Source of the DNA: Planctomycetota bacterium
GTDB taxonomy: Bacteria > Planctomycetota > UBA11346
Direction of reading: 5' to 3'
NCBI GenBank assembly: GCA_038231435.1
Contig: JBBRLJ010000065.1
Coordinates: 1 to 20,978 of the forward strand
Length of the DNA: 20,978 bases
The notes under the pieces are model-generated. The model made no database searches. It had not been told where the DNA came from and saw nothing but the letters and a program-made list of their open reading frames with translations. How positions within the stretch are numbered: the stretch's first letter is position 1; the number at the start of each line of letters is the position of its first letter. A program made the translations under genes and the position numbers. This document shows positions 1 to 8,003 of this stretch, one piece after another.

Positions 1-74
1 ACGGCCTCCAGCTTGAACTCCTTGGTGTATTGCCTCCGGGTCTGCCTTCCTGCCTTCTCCTTAAAGCTGCTCAT
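1..74 (-). CDS. IS3-family transposase OrfA, N-terminal fragment (truncated by window edge)
   Basis: Hand translation from ATG at 74: MSSFKEKAGRQTRRQYTKEFKLEAV, the typical 'RRxYTxEFKxEAV' start of IS3 OrfA. GGGGAGAAG RBS upstream. Not in the ORF track. Confidence 0.85.
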   Translation of the reverse strand, partial: MSSFKEKAGRQTRRQYTKEFKLEA

Positions 75-140
75 GCCTTCTTCTCCCCTGCGACATCGTC
101 TGTCGCTTATCTGGGAGTCCACCAAAGCGGGGGAAGATCA
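1..140 (-). mobile_element. IS3-family insertion sequence, left end (element continues beyond window start)
   Basis: Minus strand from 140 reads TGATCTTCCCCCGCTTTGGTGGACTCCC, resembling the IS3 left inverted repeat (TGATCTT...GTGGAC). An OrfA start follows 66 nt inside. Confidence 0.85.
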
Positions 141-508
141 CCGACATGAGCCTCTATGCAGCGATGACTCTTATCCTCGATCCATCCACTTCCAAGTCGA
201 TGTGCGAGTCATCGAGGGTGTGCTAGCGCAATGGTAAGCTTTTGGAGCATCTCAGTGCGGAGCATCGCTCATCCAGGTGGCTTCGGTTCCGACCCAGCAG
301 GCATTTCGCAGAGAGGCGTCTGCACGCCTTCGCTCGGACGGGATCCGAATTTGGTACTGCAGGCTCACGGGCTCTGCCAGATGAATGATGGAATTGGTCT
401 CTCATCCGGCCTAACCTGCAGCCGATGACCCACGCGGAGGCCGCTGATCTGGATTACTATAACCGGAGGGGTGCCACTTGGCTGGCGTTGTCGAGGTATC
501 TCGGCGAG

Positions 509-1774
509 ATGGAGGCATTGCCCCGGTTTCACCATCGCCGAATCGGATACTTTCTCATTCGCGCCGCCGCAGTGATCGCCGCCGCTTCAATCTGCATTTC
601 CATTGTGGCCATGAATGTCGCTATGGCATTGGCGGCGCTCGGTTGCTTGTTGTCGCGACCACCGCTGCATCGGATTCCGTGCTTCGCCGTCGGTGCGCTG
701 TTTTCCGGGTGGATTTCGGCCACCATCGTCATCGGCATCGGGCTCGGGGCGGTTGCATCAGACGTGCGGATCAGCGGCCTCATCCACACGTGGACGATCT
801 TTCTGGTCGGCATGATCGCTTTCGCCGATCGTAGAACCCTCCGCGCCGCGGCATTGGCCATGGCATCAGCGTCGTTGATCTCGGCAGCATTGGCCTCAGC
901 GCAGTTCTTCGGCGGTCTGGGTACCCGGGCCCCATTGAGGTTCGACCCTTCCGGGCCCAGGCTTGTCACAGGCGTGGGTTTTTTCTCGATCCACCTGACT
1001 CAGGGCTATGTCCTGGCCATCGCCATGCTGGTCTTCACGGCATCGGGGAACCGGATCTCGGTTCGTGCCCGTCTCGTCGGAGGAGTAGCGGCCGTGGCAG
1101 CCGTCGCGTTGAGCGCCTCTCGCGCGGCATACCTCTCACTGGCGATGGGAATCGGGGCGATGATCGCATCCCGAGGCGCGCGGCATATCATATTCGGTGG
1201 TGTGATAGGCTTGCTCTTGCTGGGTGTTTTCGCGTTGTTCCTGGGCGAACTCGATGGGCGCCTGGTCCGGCCGAGCGCGGTGACGACGGACGGACGCTGG
1301 GCGATCTGGCGTACGTCGCTTCAGATCGTGCGGGAGCATCCAATGTTGGGAGTGGGGGGATCGGATGCGTTCAAGGCAGAGTACGCGCGGGTATACCCCC
1401 TGGTTGAGCCGATCGTCCCGAATGAATTTCCGCAGGGAGCTCCCCATGCGCATAACAGTTTCTTATCGATAGCCGCCGAGCACGGCATCCCCGCACTCGT
1501 GCTGTATGTGGCCCTGATGATCGCCGTGCTCGTCGCCATCAGGAAAAAACAGGCCTCGGGCAGGGGATGGAGCTTAGCCGTTGGAGTCGTCGCTTCGACC
1601 ATGACGGCAGGCTGCTTCGAGGACATCGCGGGCCACAGCATACCGGCCTATGCATTCTTCCTTGCCCTCGCGTTCGCTTACTGGCTGCCTGGCGATATGG
1701 CCGAAAAAGAGGCGAGCGGACGGATCACCGATTCAAGTCCCACGCGAATGCAAAAGGCAGCGAAAAGCGCATAG
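509..1774 (+). CDS. O-antigen ligase/polymerase family (WaaL/Wzy_C-like) membrane protein
   Basis: Multi-TM protein with SASRAAYL, 'RWAIWRTSLQIVREHPMLGVG' and 'HAHNSFLSIAAEHGIPALVLY' motifs. Start uncertain (ORF open from 425; ATG 509 chosen). Confidence 0.85.
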   Translation: MEALPRFHHRRIGYFLIRAAAVIAAASICISIVAMNVAMALAALGCLLSRPPLHRIPCFAVGALFSGWISATIVIGIGLGAVASDVRISGLIHTWTIFLVGMIAFADRRTLRAAALAMASASLISAALASAQFFGGLGTRAPLRFDPSGPRLVTGVGFFSIHLTQGYVLAIAMLVFTASGNRISVRARLVGGVAAVAAVALSASRAAYLSLAMGIGAMIASRGARHIIFGGVIGLLLLGVFALFLGELDGRLVRPSAVTTDGRWAIWRTSLQIVREHPMLGVGGSDAFKAEYARVYPLVEPIVPNEFPQGAPHAHNSFLSIAAEHGIPALVLYVALMIAVLVAIRKKQASGRGWSLAVGVVASTMTAGCFEDIAGHSIPAYAFFLALAFAYWLPGDMAEKEASGRITDSSPTRMQKAAKSA

Positions 1775-1839
1775 GAGTCGAATGGCTGCTCTTGGAGACT
1801 GATCGGCACCGGTAGCGAAATCACGTGGCAGCAGGGTGG

Positions 1840-2889
1840 TCAGCGACCATCAGCGCTCGCTGGAGACACGGGGGCCCTTATCGAGGAGCCAGGTTCATCG
1901 GGCCGAACGGCGGCCGGCCCTTCCTCACAACCGAAATTGAGGCGTGCTTGTTCAGTGACCAGCGGGCGTTTGCGAACCTGGAAATGGATCGCGCTGACGT
2001 ATTCGCCCAGAATTCCGAAGAAGAACATCTGAATTCCGGAAAAGAAGAAGATCGCGACGATCAGCGTGGGGATTCCGGGAGGGGCCAGGGTTCCCAGGTA
2101 GATGAAATTCGCGATCAGGGTGATGCAGGCGAAGGCAATGCTCAGCCCAGCGAGGATGAAGCCGAACAACATGCACATGCGCATGGGAAGATTGGTGAAT
2201 GAGATGAGTCCATTGAGTCCCTGGTCGACAAGATGGAAAATGCGGTTTTTCGAAAACCCACGCTTTCGAGCTTTCCAGGTGTAAGCGACGCCAATGGTGC
2301 GGAAACCGCAGCTGGCGATCATGCCCCGGATATAGGGATAGTGGTCATCGAATTTGCGCAGCGCGGTGATCACGCAACGGTCGACGAGTTGGAACTCGCC
2401 CACATCGGGCGGGATGTGGATGTCGGCGAATCGGCTCACCGCGCGGTAGTAGACTTTGCGCACGATGCGCATCAGCAGACCCTCTTCGCGGTTGGCGCGG
2501 ATACCGTAGATGACCTGATGGCCTTCTTCCCACTTGCGGACGAAGTTGATGATGATCTCGGGAGGATCCTGGAGGTCTGCGGCGAGCAGGACGACCACCG
2601 CATCTCCACTGGTGGCGAGGACCCCATTGAAGGTGGAGCGGAAGGGGCCGAAGTTTCGGGCGTTGAAGATCACCTTCACACGCGGATCCTCAAGAGCCAT
2701 GCGACGCAGCGTGGCGGGTGTGCCGTCGCGCGAAGCATTGTCGCAGAAGATGTGTTCGAAGTCGTAAGTCGGGAGGCTCTCAGCGAAGATCCGTGCCACC
2801 ACCCGGTGGCACTCCTCGACGTTGTCTTCCTCGTTGTAGCACGGAGTGACGATGCTGATGAGCTTGGGACGCTCGGGGTGGTGGTTCAT
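1840..2889 (-). CDS. GT2 polyprenol-phosphate glycosyltransferase (GtrB/DPM-synthase-like), copy 1
   Basis: ISIVTPCYNEEDN, DNASRDGT, RNFG, AADLQDPPE, two C-terminal TM helices, GILGEYV, RKRP. ATG at 2889 aligns with the start of copy 2. Confidence 0.9.
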   Translation of the reverse strand: MNHHPERPKLISIVTPCYNEEDNVEECHRVVARIFAESLPTYDFEHIFCDNASRDGTPATLRRMALEDPRVKVIFNARNFGPFRSTFNGVLATSGDAVVVLLAADLQDPPEIIINFVRKWEEGHQVIYGIRANREEGLLMRIVRKVYYRAVSRFADIHIPPDVGEFQLVDRCVITALRKFDDHYPYIRGMIASCGFRTIGVAYTWKARKRGFSKNRIFHLVDQGLNGLISFTNLPMRMCMLFGFILAGLSIAFACITLIANFIYLGTLAPPGIPTLIVAIFFFSGIQMFFFGILGEYVSAIHFQVRKRPLVTEQARLNFGCEEGPAAVRPDEPGSSIRAPVSPASADGR

Positions 2890-3088
2890 GCCGTTGCCTC
2901 GAGAAATGAACAACCATGGGTATCTGGATATGTCATAAGGAATATGCAGTCACTTCGGAGCGAACTGGTGATCACGTACCTGTTCTGGAAAATAGGCCCT
3001 CTGAACGCCATGTGGAATGGTAGCATTGTCGAAGAGCGTGTGGCGGCAAACGGAGAAACGGCTTCGGTAGAGTCCCCTGCGTACTACC

Positions 3089-4543
3089 TTATCCTCGCGG
3101 ATCCAACGCCTTCGACCCCTCGGGCACCTTGCGTGTCGACCCGGTGTGCGGCGCCGCATTGACGAATTCGCTGTCGGCGCAGGCTTCGCGATTGACCTCG
3201 TTGAACGCCGCGATGATGGCGTCGAGGCTGGCCTTGGACTCGGTCTCGGTCGGCTCGATGAGCATGCTGTTGTGCAGGTGCTTGGGGAAGTATACGCAGC
3301 CCGCTCCGACCAGGGTGGGAGGATGGATGCCGAGGTCGATCAGGCGCTTGGCGAAGCTGTAGGGGGTGATCGGTAGAGACCTGCCAGATAGCAGGCATTC
3401 GTGCATGCAGTGCTTGTCGAAGGCGGGTGGCAGGATCCCGCGCAGGTGGTGCTGCAGGTAGTTGGCGTTCAGCACCGCATCCTGGGATGCCTCGCGCAGT
3501 CCATCGGGGCCCATCGAGAGGATGTAGCAGTAAGCGCGGATCAGCACGCCGATGTGACCCAGATGCGACTTCATCCGGCCGATCGAGTCGCGCATGCCAT
3601 CGTCTAGCGAGAAATGGCCCTGGGCGTCGAGGCGCACCACCGGCTTTGGGAAATGCTCGGCGAGGAAGCGCTTCACGCCCACCGGGCCGGCCCCCGGGCC
3701 GCCGCCGCCGTGCGGGGTGGACAACGTCTTGTGGGTATTGATGTGCACGACATCGAAGCCCATGTCGCCCGGACGGACCAGGCCCATCAGCGCATTGAGG
3801 TTCGCGCCATCGTAATACAGCAGTCCGCCCTTGGCGTGGACCATCGCGGCGATGCGCGCGATGTTGGATTCGAACAGGCCCAGCGTGGAAGGATTGGTGA
3901 GCATCAGCCCAGCGATGCCCCCGCCTTCGAGCGCGCGCGCGAGCGCGTCGAGATCCATCAGGCCGGACGCGTCGGTCGCGACGATGCGGCAGGTGAAGCC
4001 GGCCATCGACGCTGACGAGGGATTGGTACCGTGCGCCGAGTCGGCGATCAGCAGGATGTCGCGTTTTTCTCCGCCTTTCGCCGCGAGTTTCTCGAAATGC
4101 TTCTTGATGATGAGCAGGCCGGTGAGTTCGCCATGTGCGCCGGCCGCCGGCTGCAGGCAGACTTCGTCGACGCCGGTGAGTTCGGCGATGTGCCGCGCGA
4201 GCGCGTGCAGTAGTGCGAGCACGCCTTGGATGGTGGACTCGGGCTGCAGGGGGTGGACGTGGCGGAAGCCCGGCAGGTTGGCGTTCGCGTCATGGCGCTT
4301 CGGGTTGTACTTCATCGTGCAGGAGCCGAGCGGATAGGCCCCGTTGTCGACGCCGTGGCTGCGGCTGCTGAGCTGGGTGAAATGGCGGACGACTTCGACC
4401 TCGGCGACCTCGGGCAGGGCAAGCGACGTGACGCGACGCGGCAAATCGCCGAGGTCGGGCTCGGCGTCGGCCGGAAATTCACCGTCGCGCACCCAGGCGC
4501 CGCCGGCTCCGGGCCGGCTACTCTCGATCAGGGTGGGCTTCAT
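3089..4543 (-). CDS. gcvPB: Glycine dehydrogenase (decarboxylating) P-protein subunit 2-like, PLP-binding
   Basis: YPLGSCTMKYNP, QPAAGAHGELTG, SAHGTNPSSA, LMLTNPSTLG, YYDGAN, HINTHKTLSTPHGGGGPG (PLP Lys), IEPTETESK. TGATG overlap with the gcvPA stop. Confidence 0.92.
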   Translation of the reverse strand: MKPTLIESSRPGAGGAWVRDGEFPADAEPDLGDLPRRVTSLALPEVAEVEVVRHFTQLSSRSHGVDNGAYPLGSCTMKYNPKRHDANANLPGFRHVHPLQPESTIQGVLALLHALARHIAELTGVDEVCLQPAAGAHGELTGLLIIKKHFEKLAAKGGEKRDILLIADSAHGTNPSSASMAGFTCRIVATDASGLMDLDALARALEGGGIAGLMLTNPSTLGLFESNIARIAAMVHAKGGLLYYDGANLNALMGLVRPGDMGFDVVHINTHKTLSTPHGGGGPGAGPVGVKRFLAEHFPKPVVRLDAQGHFSLDDGMRDSIGRMKSHLGHIGVLIRAYCYILSMGPDGLREASQDAVLNANYLQHHLRGILPPAFDKHCMHECLLSGRSLPITPYSFAKRLIDLGIHPPTLVGAGCVYFPKHLHNSMLIEPTETESKASLDAIIAAFNEVNREACADSEFVNAAPHTGSTRKVPEGSKALDPRG

Positions 4544-5919
4544 CACGCCACCGCCTTCGCGAATGCGGCGGCCATGCGCTCGAGTTCAGCCCTGGTCTTG
4601 GTTTCGGTGACCGCCACCAGGATGGTGCCGGGGCGGCCGAGCGTCGCGCCATCGAGGCCGCCGAGGATCCCGCCGTCGAGCAGCCGCGCGAGAGTCTCGG
4701 TCGATCTGGGTACGGTGACCAGGAACTCGTTGAAGACCGGCGCGCCGCAGGCCCGGCGCACGCCCGGGATGCGCGTGAGCGCGTCCGCGAGGAACTGGGT
4801 CTTGGCGGCGATGATGCGCGCGAGGCGGCGCAGCCCGGTGTCGCCGAGCAGGCTGAGGTAGATGGCGGCGCGCACGCTGCACAGTGCCTGGTTCGAGCAG
4901 ATGTTGCTGGTCGCCTTCTCGCGCGCGACGTGCTGCTCGCGGTCCTCGTGCACCAGCGCGTACGCGGGATTACCGTAGATATCGGCGACCTTGCCCACCA
5001 GGCGCCCGGGCATGTGCCGGCGCAGATCCTTGCGGCAGGCGAGGAAACCCAGTGTCGGTCCGCCGGCGCACAGCGGGATGCCCAACGGCTGGCCTTCGCC
5101 GCAGACGATGTCGGCGCCCTGCTCGCCGGGCACCTGCAGCAGGCCGCTGAGCAGTGGATTCCACGACACCGCGGTGATCGCGCCGTGGCGGCGGCAGACT
5201 TCGGAGATCTTCGCCACGTGCTCGATCACACCAAAGCGATTGGGAGACTGCACCAGCACCACCGCCGGCGATGAGGCAGCGAGGAGGCGTTCGAGCGCCG
5301 CCAGGTCGACCCGCCCAGACTCTGCTTCGCAAGGCAGGTCGGCGAGGTCGACGCCACGGCCATACATGTAGGTACCCAGGACCTCGCGGTGCTGCGGCCA
5401 AAGCGTGGCGGCGGCGATGACCACGGGCGTGGCGCCTGATCCGGCTTTCATCGCCAGTGCCTGGCGTCCCACCCACGCCGCGTCGGCTAGGGCGGTGGCG
5501 CCATCGTAGGATGACGAGTTGACCACCGGCAGGCCGGTGATCGCGCCGATTGCCTGTTGGTACTCGGCCAACGCCTGCAGCAGGCCCTGGCTCATCTCGG
5601 GTTGATAGGGGGTGTACGCGGTCAGGAATTCGCCGCGGCTGGCGATGGCATCGACCACCGCAGGGACGTGATGATCGTACATCCCGCCGCCGAGGAAGCT
5701 GAGGTGCGTGCGGGTGGTGGCATTGCGGTCCGCGAGGGCACGCAGATGGGCGTCGAGCGCCCATTCGGACATCGCGGCGGGGACATCGAGCGCTCTGGAG
5801 AAACGCAGGTCTTTGGGGATGGCGGTGAAGAGATCATCGATCGAGCCGAGGCCCATCGACGTCAACATCGCATCCCGGTCGCTGGGCAAGTGGACGATGT
5901 AATTGGCCAGATCGGCCAT
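4543..5919 (-). CDS. gcvPA: Glycine dehydrogenase (decarboxylating) P-protein subunit 1-like
   Basis: FLGGGMYDHHVP, EFLTAYTPYQPEMSQGLLQ, YDGATA, GEGQPLG, MPGRLVG, REQH..REKATSNICSNQAL. Confidence 0.92.
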   Translation of the reverse strand: MADLANYIVHLPSDRDAMLTSMGLGSIDDLFTAIPKDLRFSRALDVPAAMSEWALDAHLRALADRNATTRTHLSFLGGGMYDHHVPAVVDAIASRGEFLTAYTPYQPEMSQGLLQALAEYQQAIGAITGLPVVNSSSYDGATALADAAWVGRQALAMKAGSGATPVVIAAATLWPQHREVLGTYMYGRGVDLADLPCEAESGRVDLAALERLLAASSPAVVLVQSPNRFGVIEHVAKISEVCRRHGAITAVSWNPLLSGLLQVPGEQGADIVCGEGQPLGIPLCAGGPTLGFLACRKDLRRHMPGRLVGKVADIYGNPAYALVHEDREQHVAREKATSNICSNQALCSVRAAIYLSLLGDTGLRRLARIIAAKTQFLADALTRIPGVRRACGAPVFNEFLVTVPRSTETLARLLDGGILGGLDGATLGRPGTILVAVTETKTRAELERMAAAFAKAVA

Positions 5920-6175
5920 CTGAGGTCGCTCCGGTCACCGATCCGAGGCTGCCGCGAATGCGAGCGCTGCACCAGTACGGCTACAGGCGGCATGTTTGAC
6001 GAGGTGTCCGGAGTGTCAACCGCAAACCACGAGAAAACCAGCTCTTGCGGACGTCCGAGCCAGAGTGGCGCGAGCGCACCGCTTGCGCACGACACCACGC
6101 GTCCATACCGTGCGTCCCGCCCCCGACAGCGTGGGGACGTGGCCGGAAAGGCCGATTCCTCCGGAGGGATGCACG
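5920..6175. promoter_or_regulatory. Divergent promoter region between gcvPA and the asnB-like gene
   Basis: 256-bp gap between head-to-head genes. Contains TTGAC-N14-GTCAA (5996-6019), whose right half is a perfect TTGACA on the minus strand. GGAGG lies upstream of ATG 6176. Confidence 0.45.
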
Positions 6176-7924
6176 ATGTGCGGCGTTGCAGGAGTGGTAG
6201 GCAGCAGGTCGGCCGAGCCGGCGCAGGTCGCCGAGATGATCGCATGCATCCGCTACCGCGGCGTCGACGAGGCGGGCGTCGAGGACCTCGGCCACGCCAT
6301 CCTCGGCCACGCGCGCTTGGCGGTCGTCGATCCGAAGAACGGCCACCAGCCGATGTCCAACACCGACGATTCGGTGTGGGTGGTGTTCAACGGCGAGATT
6401 TACAACTACGTCGAGCTGCGCGAGGAGCTGAAGGCCAAGGGCTACGTCTTCAAATCCCGTTGCGACACCGAGGTGCTCGTTCACCTGTGGCGCGAGGAAG
6501 GCGAGGCGATGCTGCAGCGCCTCATCGGCATGTTCGCATTCTTCATCTGGGACAAGACGGCGAATACCGGCATCCTAGTTCGCGATCGATTCGGCATCAA
6601 GCCGATGTTCATCGCCGACCACCAGGGCGGCACCGCCTTCTGCAGCGAGATCAAGGGCCTACTCTCGCTGCCCGGCATGCGCAAGGAGATCGACCGCGAC
6701 GGCCTGGTGCAGACCTTCTCATTTAACTACTGCCCGCCACCGCGCACTTGCTTCGCCGGCATCCGCCACCTTGAGCCTGGTACTTTCCTGCGCTTCAAGC
6801 CGGGCAAGCCCACCGAGCAGGTGCGCTGGTGGAACTGGCCCTTGTTCGACGAGCGCCGCGAGCCGGGCTTCGATGAGCTCAAGTCTCTGCTCGACGACGC
6901 GGTGCGCATGCAGATGCGCTTCGACGTCGAAGGCGGCCTCTACCTCAGCGGCGGCATCGATTCGTCGGTGGTGGCGAGCCACCTGCGTACGCAGTGGAAC
7001 CGCCCGCGCCTGCCGGCCATCGGCCTGCGCTTCAAGGAGCAGGACTACTCCGAATACGATTATTCGCAGCAGGCCGCATCGATCCTGGGCATCGATCTCG
7101 AGCCAGCTGACATCGAGTGGTCGATGATCCCCGAGATCGCCGACCAGGTCGTGCGTCATGCCGAGCAGCCGCACGGCGACTTCTCGTTCTTCCTGTTCTA
7201 CGTGCTCGCGCGCAAGGCGAATCGCCAGAAGAAGATCGTGATGTTCTCAGGCGACGGCCCCGATGAGGCACTGTTCGGCTTCAACCACAACGTCAATTTC
7301 TTCCACGCCAACGCGCGCACCAATTTCCCGCTCAAGGCCTACTTCGATACCATCTGCTACATGGACGAGGGGGCCCGGGCACGCCTGCTCTCTCCGGATC
7401 TCACCCGCGGCACCACCGATCCCCTCGACCGCTTCGGCGAGATCATCGAACCGTGGCAGGATCTCGATCCCGTCGAGCAGGTGATCGCCTACGAGTGCAC
7501 GTCGCTGATGCCCGGCAACAACTTGGTCAAGGGCGACCGCATGGGCGCCGGCTGGTCGACCGAGGGCCGCTCGCCATTCCTCGACCACCGCGTGATGGAG
7601 TTGTTCACCCGCCTGCCGGTCGGCCGCAAGATCCAAGAGGGCGTGGGCAAGGCCTACTTGAAGGCCTACGCCGCGAAGATCTTTCCCGAGCAGTTCGTGT
7701 ACGGTAAGAAGCGCATGCCCACTACGCCCATCGGCAACTGGCTGCAGGGGCCGCTCTACGGTTGGGCCAAGTCGGTCATCGAAAGCGAGACCAACGGCAT
7801 CTTCAACCGTCCCGCGGTCTCGGCGCTGCTCGAGGAGCACCGCTCGGGGGCGGCGAACCATACGCGTTCGCTGCGCACCATCCTGATGGCTCATCTGTGG
7901 CTGAAGGCATTCTTCCCCGCCTGA
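6176..7924 (+). CDS. asnB: AsnB-like class II (Ntn) glutamine amidotransferase / ATP-dependent amide synthetase
   Basis: Starts MCGVAG (catalytic Cys). GHARLAVVD, FNGEIYNY, DTEV, GMFAF, RDRFGIKP, LSGGIDSS, SGDGPDE, RSPFLDH. True start is ATG 6176, not 5996. Confidence 0.9.
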   Translation: MCGVAGVVGSRSAEPAQVAEMIACIRYRGVDEAGVEDLGHAILGHARLAVVDPKNGHQPMSNTDDSVWVVFNGEIYNYVELREELKAKGYVFKSRCDTEVLVHLWREEGEAMLQRLIGMFAFFIWDKTANTGILVRDRFGIKPMFIADHQGGTAFCSEIKGLLSLPGMRKEIDRDGLVQTFSFNYCPPPRTCFAGIRHLEPGTFLRFKPGKPTEQVRWWNWPLFDERREPGFDELKSLLDDAVRMQMRFDVEGGLYLSGGIDSSVVASHLRTQWNRPRLPAIGLRFKEQDYSEYDYSQQAASILGIDLEPADIEWSMIPEIADQVVRHAEQPHGDFSFFLFYVLARKANRQKKIVMFSGDGPDEALFGFNHNVNFFHANARTNFPLKAYFDTICYMDEGARARLLSPDLTRGTTDPLDRFGEIIEPWQDLDPVEQVIAYECTSLMPGNNLVKGDRMGAGWSTEGRSPFLDHRVMELFTRLPVGRKIQEGVGKAYLKAYAAKIFPEQFVYGKKRMPTTPIGNWLQGPLYGWAKSVIESETNGIFNRPAVSALLEEHRSGAANHTRSLRTILMAHLWLKAFFPA

Positions 7925-8003
7925 TTCCCGCCCGAATCTGTCCGATTCCGACCCGACCCGACCTCGACAATAGTGCAGTCACAACGTCCCAAAGAGGCCC
8001 CTG

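Noticed and set aside
5862..6245. 127-aa minus ORF upstream of gcvPA as gcvH, or a glycine riboswitch
   Set aside because: The size fits GcvH but there is no lipoyl ESVK motif and the sequence is not acidic. No riboswitch consensus was recognised.
7925..7970. Short CCGAC/CCGAT repeats after asnB
   Set aside because: Too short and low-complexity to support a function; not a CRISPR array or a clear terminator.
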